Shown here in pieces: positions 8,427 through 18,793 of a stretch of DNA of 64,000 bases. A model generated the notes under the pieces. It had not been told where the DNA came from and made no database searches. It worked only from the letters and a program-made list of their open reading frames with translations. This DNA is from an uncultured bacterium (GTDB lineage Bacteria; UBP4; UBA4092), in NCBI GenBank assembly GCA_964644695.1, contig CAZXWN010000001.1, positions 244,869 to 308,868 on the forward strand, in the 5' to 3' direction. Position 1 is the first letter of the stretch, and every line of letters begins with the position of its first letter. Made by a program: the position numbers and the translations under genes.

Positions 8427-11185
8427 TATATTTTATTGAGGTCAGAGGCTAATTCCATAACATACGAGTATCGTTCATCAGGTTTTTTTGCTAAACAACG
8501 GGTTAATATATGTTTCATGGTTTCTGATAAGAAATCAGGTATCACTGGTTGTGTGTGTATATGATGATATGCAATATTTCCAGTCTTAAAGGGAGTTTCA
8601 CCCGTTACCAGTTCAAAGAGGAGAACTCCCAGAGAGTAAATATCTGATCTGGTATCAATAGTGTTACCCTGACACTGCTCGGGTGACATATAGAGAGGTG
8701 TACCCAGCATGTCGGTTGTGCTGGTCATCTGGTCAGAATTAATGTTTTTTGCGATGCCAAAATCCATAACTTTTACAATCTGGTTTATATCGATCATTAT
8801 ATTTGCCGGCTTAATATCTCTATGAATTATTCCTTGCTCATGGGCAGTAGACAATGCCTGACATATCTGGATAGTGATAATCGCCGCTTCTTTTTCTGAG
8901 AGCTTATCCCGCTCTTTTAATATTTGGCGAAGAGTTTTCCCTTTTATAAACTCCATGGAAATGAAAAGATGTCCCTGGTCTTCAACAACATCATAGATGC
9001 GGACAATATTTTTATGTATTAACTTGCGAGTTGCTTTTACTTCTCTTAAAAACCGTTCCCTCGCCTGAGGATCATCATCTAAACCCTGAGGGAGACTTTT
9101 CAAGGCAACCATTTCATTCAAAATAGTATCTAAGGCACAAAATACTATTCCCATGCCCCCCCGTGCAATTTCGTCAATGATTTGAAAGCGAGGACTTGTG
9201 GATTTATTGTCTACTTTCTTTGATGTGACATCTTGATGCCCTTTGATAAATGTTTGATGGCGTATTATATCAATATCTTTAAATTTTGAATCAACTTGAT
9301 GAATCTTATCTAAGATAACAACAGCCTTATCTGGCATTCCCTCATCTATATATTGTTTGGCCATTGAATACAGCATATCTTTCTGTGTTTCATTCAAATC
9401 TAAATCAGAAAATTGTCGTTCCGCGATATCAGGTTTACCCATTGCTAAGAAACAACTGGCGATATGTACTTTACTGGATGCTTCGAATTCAGCAAACTTT
9501 GCAGAGTGTTGAAATTGTATTATAGCTTCCTGCCATTGTTGTTTTTCCTCATAAAGAATTCCCAAATGGTAAAAGGATTCTGGTGGAGGATTATCAGTAT
9601 GTCTGATTTTGTGTCGATATAAATCGACTAATCTGTCATTAAACTGGGTATTAGATTCTTTTTGAGAACGTATCCATTCGTAATCTTCAATAGCTAAATC
9701 AATTTCACTGTCCTGTTCAGCCATTTCGGCACGTTTTACACGAGCTTCAAAATATTTGGGATCGACTTTTAAAATGTTTGTATAGTATTTAATCAGGTTT
9801 TTTGAAACCCCGGGATCATAAGCTGTTTGCTTGATATGTTCAATACTTTCTATTGCAAGTGAGTATTGTTTGAGGAGTATCAGTGATTGAATGTAAATAT
9901 CCAATAATCCTTCATGGTCAGGGTATTTTTTCAAGATTGGCGATAGATCGTTAACTAGATTTTGAGGCCAATGATCTGACATATCGAGTAGAATTAACCC
10001 ATGATTAATGATGTCACTTAGATTGTTTTCACGAAGGGCTTTTTTAAATAAGCAATAGTTTATTAAATCATCTTTGGGATGTATTAGTAGTTGTTCTTTA
10101 TAAATGGTAATAGATTCAGGATCAATGAGGTTTAATCCTGCTTTTGCTCTTGCAACACCGTAGAGATATTTACGTTCATCTGGATAATCTTGGTATAGTT
10201 TGGTGAATAGTTCTAAGGATTCGACATATTGACCCGTGCAGATATACATCTCACCTAGAAGCTCCATAACATCCTGGTCAAGGTCACCCTTTTCAATAAA
10301 ATATCTACATTGCTCAATGCATGGCCCTATCTTTTTTTGTCGGAGCAGGGCCTGTGACAACCTGATTCTGTATACTTTATTTTCGGGTTCATATCCAAGT
10401 GCCTTTTCGAAAAGATTGATAGTGCTGCCCGATAAATAATCCGGTTCAGTATAGTTATCGGCCAGATACTTTACTATATTCTGATCGGGTGGAATTTCCT
10501 GTAGAAATCCAATAGCAAGGCTCAGTAACTGTGGATCTGTGATTGCGTGTGATCTTACTATTTTGGTTAAAAGCTGTTTATCTTCTGTTTTAGAATCCAA
10601 TTGCATACATAAAGGAACCAAAAACAGTAGTGCCTCGGGAATATCTTTATTCTTAAAATAATACAATGCGGCGACTCTTAATATAGCTGTTTCGCGAATG
10701 CCCCATTCCAGTATTTTATGGTAAATCAAAAGTGCATCTTTATCCGTTTTCTCATGTTTTGCTAAACATCTTCCTAATTGGATAATGATGTTTTTATCTT
10801 GAGTATTATCGCGATAAACCTTGAGATATATTTCTTCTGCAAGAGTACTCACTTTACCCGAAGACGCATAGTAAGTTGCAATCTGATGAAGCAGTGTTTT
10901 ATTACTTGTTATTTTGGATTTATATAATTGAAGAGCCCGGTCATATTCATTTCGCGATAATAGGTCCTCTAATTTGGGTCGTCGAGGGGATACTATGGAT
11001 GATTTATACATCAGTATTCCCAACCAACCTACAAGGCTGGCTGCGAAAAGAACAGAAGAAATTCCTTTTGCCGTAGGGGATTGTATCCATCCCAAGTCAG
11101 CAGAATATGGCGTTTGGCTTTCTGCCTTCGAAAGAACAAAGAAGAGGGTTCCAATATATATATATTTCTTATTAAATGTTTTCAT
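8426..11185 (-). CDS. Membrane-anchored TPR-repeat Hanks-type Ser/Thr protein kinase (C-terminal kinase)
   Basis: IARGGMGIVF, VALK, HRDIKPANI, DFGIAK, GTPLYMSPEQ, DIYSLG; N-terminal hydrophobic segments and a long TPR-like region. Confidence 0.9.
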   Translation of the reverse strand: MKTFNKKYIYIGTLFFVLSKAESQTPYSADLGWIQSPTAKGISSVLFAASLVGWLGILMYKSSIVSPRRPKLEDLLSRNEYDRALQLYKSKITSNKTLLHQIATYYASSGKVSTLAEEIYLKVYRDNTQDKNIIIQLGRCLAKHEKTDKDALLIYHKILEWGIRETAILRVAALYYFKNKDIPEALLFLVPLCMQLDSKTEDKQLLTKIVRSHAITDPQLLSLAIGFLQEIPPDQNIVKYLADNYTEPDYLSGSTINLFEKALGYEPENKVYRIRLSQALLRQKKIGPCIEQCRYFIEKGDLDQDVMELLGEMYICTGQYVESLELFTKLYQDYPDERKYLYGVARAKAGLNLIDPESITIYKEQLLIHPKDDLINYCLFKKALRENNLSDIINHGLILLDMSDHWPQNLVNDLSPILKKYPDHEGLLDIYIQSLILLKQYSLAIESIEHIKQTAYDPGVSKNLIKYYTNILKVDPKYFEARVKRAEMAEQDSEIDLAIEDYEWIRSQKESNTQFNDRLVDLYRHKIRHTDNPPPESFYHLGILYEEKQQWQEAIIQFQHSAKFAEFEASSKVHIASCFLAMGKPDIAERQFSDLDLNETQKDMLYSMAKQYIDEGMPDKAVVILDKIHQVDSKFKDIDIIRHQTFIKGHQDVTSKKVDNKSTSPRFQIIDEIARGGMGIVFCALDTILNEMVALKSLPQGLDDDPQARERFLREVKATRKLIHKNIVRIYDVVEDQGHLFISMEFIKGKTLRQILKERDKLSEKEAAIITIQICQALSTAHEQGIIHRDIKPANIMIDINQIVKVMDFGIAKNINSDQMTSTTDMLGTPLYMSPEQCQGNTIDTRSDIYSLGVLLFELVTGETPFKTGNIAYHHIHTQPVIPDFLSETMKHILTRCLAKKPDERYSYVMELASDLNKI

Positions 11186-13295
11186 TACTTCCTTGATGTA
11201 TAGGTAAAGTGATAGTGAATGTCGTCCCTACACCTAATTGACTGTTTACTGCAATTGAGCCGGAATGTAACTCAACTAAGCTCTTTACAATATATAATCC
11301 AAGCCCTGTTCCCTTTATTTTTCCTTGGCTTTGACTGGTTCGATAAAAGCGATCAAATAAGTGTGGAATATCCTCTTCAGAAATACCCAATCCTGTATCT
11401 GCAACTTTGATGACATATTTGTTTTCATTATATTCACAAGATAGTGATACTTTACCCGGAGACTGTGTAAATTTCAAGGAATTATTGATAAGGTTGTTGA
11501 AAACTCTTTCAAGTTGAAGTGGATCACCCATTAAAATGGGGGTGGGGTTTGGGGGTAGGGATTGGCATAACTCTATACCCAGTTCGTTTGCCTGGGTTTG
11601 AAAATTGCTGATGATGCTGTTCAATAACTTCACAATATCAACTTCAATTGAAGCAATAGTGACTTTCCCTGAATCAAGTTTACTGACATCCAGGAAATTA
11701 TTAACAATTTCTAACATCGTGCGTGCATTTCTAAATATCGATTGAATCTGACCACTCATTTTGTCTGACAATTGTCCCAAGTATCCCTTTAAAAGCATCT
11801 GAGAGGATGTAAGTATCACTGTGAGGGGATTTTTTAAATCATGGGACAGCATGGATACAAAATCAGCTTTTAACTGTTCAATTTCAACATCATGAGTAAT
11901 GTCCTGGTTAACCAGAACTGATCCAAGGTAATTATTCTCATCATCACGAATAGGGGCAATATTGACTCGGATGTGTTGTTTTCCTAGTTGAATTCTGCAT
12001 TCAGAGAATATGGATCCAGGATCTTTCATTGCTTGTGACGGATTCTTTAAATCCTCAGCCATATCCTGAATTTCAGGAGGATATGTCGTAATCAGGCTCT
12101 GGTGGTCTTCTTCTGTAAGTTGAAAGAGATTCTTGGCTGCTGGGTTTAATAAAGTGAAATGGTCTTGGAGATCAGTGACGATTACGCCTTCACCCATGCA
12201 ATTAAGAATGGATTTCAATCTATTTTGTTCAAACGCAATTTCTCGCGTACGTGCTGTAACTTCATTTTCTAACTCATCATTGTAATTTTTCATTTTTCGC
12301 CATAGAACAGCATTATCCATGGCAATTCCCGTTTGGTTGGCAACTGCAGTGACGAGATCAAGATCATTTTCCTTGAATGAGTGATTTTTAATAATTGTAT
12401 CCAGATAAAGTACACCGTATATTTGATTCTTACCTTTGATTGGTACACAAAGCGTTGATTGAATGCCTTTTTTTACAACAGTTTCGGAAGTTGACATATC
12501 ATCAAAATCCTTAAGATTGGCAATCATAATAGATGTTTGTTCTTTAATCGCTTTATGTACGACAGTGCGGCTGATAATCAATTCGGGTGAAATTTGAGGA
12601 GAGGTAGTCTCCTTTTGCTTTAAAGACAGGGTTTTATATTGAAAACCTTCTGTGGATTGTGGGTCTTGAATGAGGACGACACAACCACGATCAGCAGGTA
12701 TGACGGCCATTAATTCATCCATCATTAAATCTAATAACCGTTCTTCCTCAAGTGAAGACATTAAAATACGGCTGATTTTATAAAGAACATGAAGAAAAGC
12801 CTGCTCACTCGATTCAGGCAATGTGATGATACTCTGGGTTAACTCTGTGGTGGATTTATTTAGGAAATCTGGTTTGTGTGTAATAGGTTTTTGGAAGCGT
12901 GTTTCATAATTAGTTGTGTCGGAAAAACGGTGATGAAAAGTCGTATCCGTTTTCTCTTCTTTATCTTCAATATCCCAACTTAATATCCAACGTGGATGAG
13001 CACCTAAAACGATAATATCTCCCTTATTTAAAGGGGATTCCTTGACAGGTTCTTGATTGATGAGTGTTCCATTAGCACTGGCTAAATCACTAATCCAATA
13101 ACGGTTATCTCTCATCTCAATAATACAGTGACGCCGAGATATATCGGGAGATTCAAAAACAAAATCACAGGCAGGACTTCGCCCTAATAAAAAAGGTTTA
13201 TCTCCAATGATAATTTGCTCTGTTTTATTTTCTTGAGCATCTTTAATTGTGAGTATTCCGTGCATTTTACATCCCATTCTGGATATTATCTTCAT
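11172..13295 (-). CDS. FHA-GAF-PAS sensor histidine kinase
   Basis: FHA (LGRS...ISRRH...SANGT), GAF (GVLYLD...AVANQ), PAS, H-box SHDLKNPL, N-box NLINNSLKF, G-boxes DTGLGI and GTGLGL. Start may be the ATG at 13265. Confidence 0.9.
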   Translation of the reverse strand: MKIISRMGCKMHGILTIKDAQENKTEQIIIGDKPFLLGRSPACDFVFESPDISRRHCIIEMRDNRYWISDLASANGTLINQEPVKESPLNKGDIIVLGAHPRWILSWDIEDKEEKTDTTFHHRFSDTTNYETRFQKPITHKPDFLNKSTTELTQSIITLPESSEQAFLHVLYKISRILMSSLEEERLLDLMMDELMAVIPADRGCVVLIQDPQSTEGFQYKTLSLKQKETTSPQISPELIISRTVVHKAIKEQTSIMIANLKDFDDMSTSETVVKKGIQSTLCVPIKGKNQIYGVLYLDTIIKNHSFKENDLDLVTAVANQTGIAMDNAVLWRKMKNYNDELENEVTARTREIAFEQNRLKSILNCMGEGVIVTDLQDHFTLLNPAAKNLFQLTEEDHQSLITTYPPEIQDMAEDLKNPSQAMKDPGSIFSECRIQLGKQHIRVNIAPIRDDENNYLGSVLVNQDITHDVEIEQLKADFVSMLSHDLKNPLTVILTSSQMLLKGYLGQLSDKMSGQIQSIFRNARTMLEIVNNFLDVSKLDSGKVTIASIEVDIVKLLNSIISNFQTQANELGIELCQSLPPNPTPILMGDPLQLERVFNNLINNSLKFTQSPGKVSLSCEYNENKYVIKVADTGLGISEEDIPHLFDRFYRTSQSQGKIKGTGLGLYIVKSLVELHSGSIAVNSQLGVGTTFTITLPIHQGSNENI

Positions 13296-13394
13296 AATAT
13301 TACAGATATCAAAGCATTACCACTTTTAAAATGTATTTTGTTTAAATTAAGTCATATTTACATATAAGATTCATGGAAACAGGGAATAAATGAC

Positions 13395-13422
13395 CATCGA
13401 ACAAGATCAATCTTGTTCGATG
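13395..13422. repeat. 28-bp palindromic intergenic repeat, copy 1
   Basis: CATCGAACAAGAT-CA-ATCTTGTTCGATG; arms extend by AC/GT. Confidence 0.9.
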
Positions 13423-13560
13423 GTACTTCGAAGGGGAAAATGCGGTCTAACTGATTTTATGTCAATAAATTATGTAATAAATTCTGGGGATTGATTTGCA
13501 CTAGTCAATATATTAGGTTATTTTGATAAAAGAGGATTTTTTTCTGATTAAGAGAAAAAG

Positions 13561-14337
13561 GTGGATAACATGGGAATATTAGATATCATTGCTTTTGGTG
13601 CACATCCTGATGATTGTGAGATAGGTGCCGGTGCGTTTTTATTGAAAATGAAGAAAAAAGGCTATCGCACGGGTCTTATTACATTAACCGAAGGGGATAT
13701 GGGGAGGGGCAATCCGAAGGAACGACGAAAAGAAACCCTTAAAGCAGCAAAAATCTTAAAGGTTGATACGGTTGAAATTCATAATTTAGGTGATTGTCGA
13801 TTAGAAGATAATCATGAGAACCGAATATATGTCGCTAGTATTATCCGAAAATATCAGCCAGATATGATTTTATGTCCATATTGGGGGATTGAACCTGGAA
13901 GGGGCAGGGGACATGCCGACCATATCGCTTGTGGACATTTGGTGACGCATGCCGCCAATTTTGCACATCTTGCAAAATATCCGGCAGATGGAGAACCCCA
14001 TGCGGTCAAAAGAATTTTATATTATTTCTTATCGCCCTATCATAAACCGTCATTTATTGTTCCCGTGGATGATGAACTGCTTTATATGGAAAAATCTATC
14101 CGTCAACATGTTTCACAGTTCGGGCCACAGGATTACCACAACCGGGTTCCCTCCATGTTGGATTCATTAGGGAGATTTTATGGCGCCATGATTGGTTCAA
14201 AATATGGTCAGCCATTTATGCTAAATGAAACGTTGCCCATGGAAGACCCTTTTGATTATTTGGTTAAAAAACGTCCTGTCATTACTCCTGCACCTTTGGG
14301 TCGTCGAAGCTCGAAACCCAGGGAGTCTTCAAAGTAA
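13561..14337 (+). CDS. PIG-L family N-acetylglucosaminyl deacetylase, BshB1-like
   Basis: GAHPDDCE, LTEGD, R(x2)E, HADH, HVSQF motifs. Confidence 0.8.
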   Translation: MDNMGILDIIAFGAHPDDCEIGAGAFLLKMKKKGYRTGLITLTEGDMGRGNPKERRKETLKAAKILKVDTVEIHNLGDCRLEDNHENRIYVASIIRKYQPDMILCPYWGIEPGRGRGHADHIACGHLVTHAANFAHLAKYPADGEPHAVKRILYYFLSPYHKPSFIVPVDDELLYMEKSIRQHVSQFGPQDYHNRVPSMLDSLGRFYGAMIGSKYGQPFMLNETLPMEDPFDYLVKKRPVITPAPLGRRSSKPRESSK

Positions 14338-14887
14338 CAGGTTTTCCTGTATGAATAAGAACATTTTCACTGTCATGGTCATGTCCGTGTGGCCAAGGTA
14401 ATGAATTGTTTGATGACCATTGTGAATTGATATATATACAGGATGCCATCCAGTAATTTCCTGACATTCCTGGTTTCACAAAGGGGCCTCCATTGTTCCA
14501 TGAAGCCCCATTCATGGCATATCGGAGATATTGACGCCGTCCCGGGTATCGTTTATACAGGGTTGGACACCAGAATACCTTTTTGTTGGTAACATACCCC
14601 AAATTGTAGAGAATCATGGGTACAGCACTCCAGTATCCATTCCCCGCGGGACCTTCCCCAAATTGGGTTTCCATGTTTTGTTCACCATATCCATCCGCTG
14701 CTGGATAACTATTAAAGTCTATGGCATAGGAGTTAAGTGCAATTCCCAAGGTTCGTAAATTAGATAAACATTCTACTGACTCTGCGCGTTGTGTAGCCAA
14801 TTGAAAATTAACCAGTGCAATGGCTGACAATATTCCAATGATTGCCACCACAACAAGCAATTCTATGAGGGTAAACCCTTTATTCAT
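14282..14887 (-). CDS. Prepilin-type N-terminal cleavage/methylation protein (pseudopilin-like)
   Basis: KG|FTLIELLVVVAIIGIL, CLSNLRTLG, FWCP, and a C-terminal H...NVLIHTG segment resembling the H-X9-DG tail. Confidence 0.85.
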   Translation of the reverse strand: MNKGFTLIELLVVVAIIGILSAIALVNFQLATQRAESVECLSNLRTLGIALNSYAIDFNSYPAADGYGEQNMETQFGEGPAGNGYWSAVPMILYNLGYVTNKKVFWCPTLYKRYPGRRQYLRYAMNGASWNNGGPFVKPGMSGNYWMASCIYINSQWSSNNSLPWPHGHDHDSENVLIHTGKPVTLKTPWVSSFDDPKVQE

Positions 14888-16133
14888 AAATATCCCAATT
14901 ATTTACATCCGTAGCATTCATCAAAACGCGATAATATATTGCAGATTCACTATCTCGATTATCTTGCCAGATAAGATGAACTGAGTTGTTTTTATCGACA
15001 GATAATCCCGGATATTGTGCATCTCCTTCACCGTTTGTTATCAGTTCTTGTGAACTCCAAACATTCATTCCAGGATTAAAAGTCTTGTAAAACAGGCGAT
15101 ATTTTCCATTGACTAAATCACTCCATACGATATGGAGGATTCCTTTATTATCAACAGCACAAACGGGACTAGTAGCTTGTTGTGAGTTTTCAGAAACAAT
15201 TGTGGGTGCAGACCATGCTTGAGTCAGGGGAGATAATGATTGGTAGTAAATAGTTTTCTTTTGGCTTGACAGTAGAGAATAGAACAAATGCAAGGTGTTT
15301 TCACTGGTCTGCGTCAGGCTGGGAAATTGCGCTGTGGCTCCAAGATAGGTGATTTGTTGGACAGCATTCCATGTATGAGTCGTTGGATTTTGGCTTATTG
15401 AAAATAACTCCACTGACCCCGCAGAATCATCGGACCATACAATAAACGGTGTTCCTGACTGCGTTAAGATAAAATCCGGAAACGGATTTTCATATAATGC
15501 GGAAGATGTGATCTTGAAATCATCCATACTCTCAACAGCATTCCATGTGGCAGGTGACGTCATCTTTCGATGGCATAACTCCGGTCGCCATCCATTCCAA
15601 TGGTAGTCATACCAGACAACATGTTGAATACTATTAGAATCTGTGCGGATAAGTGGAATATAACCGTTATCCCCATTAGTTGTGTTTTGGTCATTTGAGA
15701 TGGTCAGGCGGGTCTCGTTTGGCCAAGTTAATCCTTTATCATCTGACCGATTATAGTAAATCTCAAGATTATTGATTTGGCCATGCCGGTAGTCATGCCA
15801 CGCCAGGTGATAATCTCCATCAGGAGAGATTGATAGAGAAGGGTACCGGGAATTGAAACTGACGGTAGTTACTGAAATCGGTTCTCTCCATCCACCTTGG
15901 CTGCTCCGCCGCGAAAACATGACTTTTGAAGGATTTCCCGAGAACCATGTCACTGCGGGATTTCCAGATGAATCCACAACAATTGATGAGTGATTACCAC
16001 TGAAACCAGTTAATCCCAATGTTGCTCCCGAGTTGGCTATCTTTTCTTCAGACAGCCAGCTCCCAGTTGCAAATACCGAACTAAGAAGACTTGATATGAG
16101 GAGTATTGCCCCCATACATTTTTTTAATGACAT
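14880..16133 (-). CDS. Secreted beta-propeller-like (BNR/Asp-box) protein
   Basis: Signal peptide; repeated P-x(8-9)-H-x-[VA]W-x-D blades; Asp-box-like RSDDKGLTW; ends ...DVNNWDIYE. Confidence 0.7.
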   Translation of the reverse strand: MSLKKCMGAILLISSLLSSVFATGSWLSEEKIANSGATLGLTGFSGNHSSIVVDSSGNPAVTWFSGNPSKVMFSRRSSQGGWREPISVTTVSFNSRYPSLSISPDGDYHLAWHDYRHGQINNLEIYYNRSDDKGLTWPNETRLTISNDQNTTNGDNGYIPLIRTDSNSIQHVVWYDYHWNGWRPELCHRKMTSPATWNAVESMDDFKITSSALYENPFPDFILTQSGTPFIVWSDDSAGSVELFSISQNPTTHTWNAVQQITYLGATAQFPSLTQTSENTLHLFYSLLSSQKKTIYYQSLSPLTQAWSAPTIVSENSQQATSPVCAVDNKGILHIVWSDLVNGKYRLFYKTFNPGMNVWSSQELITNGEGDAQYPGLSVDKNNSVHLIWQDNRDSESAIYYRVLMNATDVNNWDIYE

Positions 16134-16141
16134 GATTATCG

Positions 16142-16924
16142 TTACTCCAAATTTTCCCAGTATTTATTGCTAACAGCCAATGGGTAGGTTAGTGAAATAT
16201 TATCGATTTTTCCTGATGCCGAGAAGGTGGCAGGTCCACCCCAGGATGCAGGTGTATCATCAAGCCAATTCGTAATGGCGAACTTGTCTAATGATATGGT
16301 TAAACCCGATAAATCCAAGGTAGAGAATGCGGGAAGGGGATTACCATTTTCAGACATAATGAGTTTCAGATTTTCTTCTGCGGCATTATATTGGAGCTTC
16401 ACATGATAAGTTGAGTCCATTTTCAGTGTATATGCCTTCGTATAAAATGTATTACCACCTTTTGAATTCATGAAACTACCTTGGTTATTGATAACTGACA
16501 TTCCCAGCCAATTTGGACCTCCATATGTAGCGTCAGTCCCTGGATAGTAACTCCATTCCATGATATTCATTGAACGATTATTACTGTTTGATGAGTTATA
16601 CAATCCAATGGAAAGAGGGTAATTACTGAAAGAACCCACGGATAGATTGCTTAGTGTTAAATCAAACTCAAGATTAAATGATTGATTTTGAGTGATGATT
16701 TTCCCTTCGTCCATGGAATGGGACAAATGGCTGGTTGTAACAGCGCTGTTCCAGTTAAATTGGATGTTTTGATTTTGACTATCCCAGCTATATAAGGAAT
16801 TGGTAGAACCTTGATAATTCCAGTTTGTTAATTGGGTAAATGAATCTGTCCAACCCCAGCTCCCGGCTAGTAGTGGTGTTGTTAATATACAAATACTAAT
16901 AATCAGTAATATTTTTTTAATCAT
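16142..16924 (-). CDS. Secreted beta-rich hypothetical protein (possible lectin/LamG-like fold)
   Basis: Signal peptide; Ser/Asn/Thr/Trp-rich beta-strand pattern; ends ...AVSNKYWENLE. Confidence 0.6.
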   Translation of the reverse strand: MIKKILLIISICILTTPLLAGSWGWTDSFTQLTNWNYQGSTNSLYSWDSQNQNIQFNWNSAVTTSHLSHSMDEGKIITQNQSFNLEFDLTLSNLSVGSFSNYPLSIGLYNSSNSNNRSMNIMEWSYYPGTDATYGGPNWLGMSVINNQGSFMNSKGGNTFYTKAYTLKMDSTYHVKLQYNAAEENLKLIMSENGNPLPAFSTLDLSGLTISLDKFAITNWLDDTPASWGGPATFSASGKIDNISLTYPLAVSNKYWENLE

Positions 16925-17732
16925 TATTTGCTTCCTTTGTGATTTGTGAAATAGTGGGATTTATAGCGACCATGGGGCATGATGTCTTCGGATGAGTAAG
17001 AAATTGCGGGGTTATCCCATATACATTATGAAGTGTTACTGCAGTTAACACTTCAGCTGGGGACCCTACGGCTTTCACTTCACCCGCTGAAATCATGATT
17101 AAGCGGTTACAGTACAAAGAGGCAATGTTTAAGTCATGAGTTACAAGTACTGTGGTTATGCCTTTTTCTTTATTTAAGGACAAAACAATATCCATTACTT
17201 CTTGTTGATGATTTATATCAAGGTGAGTCGTTGGCTCATCTAACAGTAATATCTCAGGTTCCTGAACAAGGGCTCTGGCAATTAGAACTCGCTGTCTTTC
17301 GCCTCCACTGAGTTCATTAAAGAACCTCCCTGCTAAATGATATGTATTGGTGCGTTTCATGACGTTCTGAGCTATTTGATAATCTTTTTCACTCTCAAAT
17401 TGTAGCCATCCCAAGTGGGGCGAGCGGCCCATTAAAACGATTTCTTCTACGGTGTACATAAAAGGTAAATAGGTGTCTTGCGGAACTATAGCGACTGTTT
17501 GTGCAAGAGTTTTTTGTCGCCATTTTTTGATAGAATGGTTTTTGATTTCAATCGAACCGGATTGAAGGGGTAATACCTTGGAGATTAGTTTTAAGATGGT
17601 TGATTTTCCGGATCCATTGGGTCCAATCAGTCCTATCCGTTCCCCTTTTGATATATCAAGATTGACCCCTCTCAATACCGGAGTTTTTTCATAACTGAAT
17701 GATATATTTGTTATTTTTATATGTGATTGCAT
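16917..17732 (-). CDS. btuD: Cobalamin/iron-siderophore ABC transporter ATPase (BtuD/FepC family)
   Basis: [31 protein letters not shown]; downstream of a B12 riboswitch. Confidence 0.85.
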   Translation of the reverse strand: MQSHIKITNISFSYEKTPVLRGVNLDISKGERIGLIGPNGSGKSTILKLISKVLPLQSGSIEIKNHSIKKWRQKTLAQTVAIVPQDTYLPFMYTVEEIVLMGRSPHLGWLQFESEKDYQIAQNVMKRTNTYHLAGRFFNELSGGERQRVLIARALVQEPEILLLDEPTTHLDINHQQEVMDIVLSLNKEKGITTVLVTHDLNIASLYCNRLIMISAGEVKAVGSPAEVLTAVTLHNVYGITPQFLTHPKTSCPMVAINPTISQITKEANND

Positions 17733-17734
17733 AT

Positions 17735-18793
17735 CTATATCCTTTTCCAGTAATTTTTACGAAGAATATAGATAAAAAATGGTGCGCCTAATAATGCTGT
17801 AATGACCCCCACAGGTAATTCTGTTGGAGACATAAGTGTTCTCGCCAGTGTGTCAGAGATAATCAGGAATATCGCACCACCAAGAGCTGATGCGGGTAAC
17901 AATATCCGATGATCCGATCCAACCCAGGATCGAATAATATGTGGTATAACTAATCCAACAAAACCAATTATTCCCGTCATACTGACAACCGCACTTGCTA
18001 ACAAGGATGCTGCTACAAAAGTTATTCTCTGAACAGTTGCAACATTAACTCCTAATTGGGTTGCTGTATCCGACCCAAGTGATAGTAAGTTGAGTGATTT
18101 TGAAAACAACCATAAAACGAAGAAGCCGATGAACACATAAAGGCTGCCAACAAAGAGAAGATGAGTGTCCGTAACTTCGATATGTCCAATCATCCAGAAC
18201 ATGTAGGATTGAATTCTACTTGCGTCAAGAACAGAAGCCAGAAAAAGAATGATTGCTGAAAAAAACGAATTCATAATGACACCTGCTAATAATAGGGTCT
18301 GAGATGAAAAACGACTTTTGTTTCCAGCAATAAACAGAATAACAAGAATGGTGGCTAATCCACCCGCTAAGGAAAATAGGGGGATAGACCAATTGCCCAG
18401 GAATGTATAAGAAGTTGATAATGATAATGCAATAACCGCTCCAACTGCGGCTCCAGAACTAACTCCTATCACAAAGGGATCAGCCAGGGGATTTCTCAAC
18501 AGGCTTTGAAAAACAGTGCCCGAAGATGCTAAAGCAATACCTGCTATGGCGGCTAAAAGAATCCGAGGGATTCTAATATCAGAGATGATTATGATGTCAC
18601 TCGGATCACTAGTCAGTGTTATCGGAATATGAAGCCATTGATTAAGTACTATCTTTAGTGTAGTCCAGGGCGATACATTGACTGAGCCTGCTGATGCACT
18701 CAAACAAATAATGATTGCCAATAAAATCAAAAGTAGAGCAATAATGAAACTCCAGCGCATGCGTTTTTGTTTATGTTTGTAGGGTAATAACAT
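17735..18793 (-). CDS. btuC: Cobalamin ABC transporter permease (BtuC/FecCD family)
   Basis: RIPR, RNPLADP, GIIGFVGLVIPH, ELPVG...GAPFF. Confidence 0.88.
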   Translation of the reverse strand: MLLPYKHKQKRMRWSFIIALLLILLAIIICLSASAGSVNVSPWTTLKIVLNQWLHIPITLTSDPSDIIIISDIRIPRILLAAIAGIALASSGTVFQSLLRNPLADPFVIGVSSGAAVGAVIALSLSTSYTFLGNWSIPLFSLAGGLATILVILFIAGNKSRFSSQTLLLAGVIMNSFFSAIILFLASVLDASRIQSYMFWMIGHIEVTDTHLLFVGSLYVFIGFFVLWLFSKSLNLLSLGSDTATQLGVNVATVQRITFVAASLLASAVVSMTGIIGFVGLVIPHIIRSWVGSDHRILLPASALGGAIFLIISDTLARTLMSPTELPVGVITALLGAPFFIYILRKNYWKRI

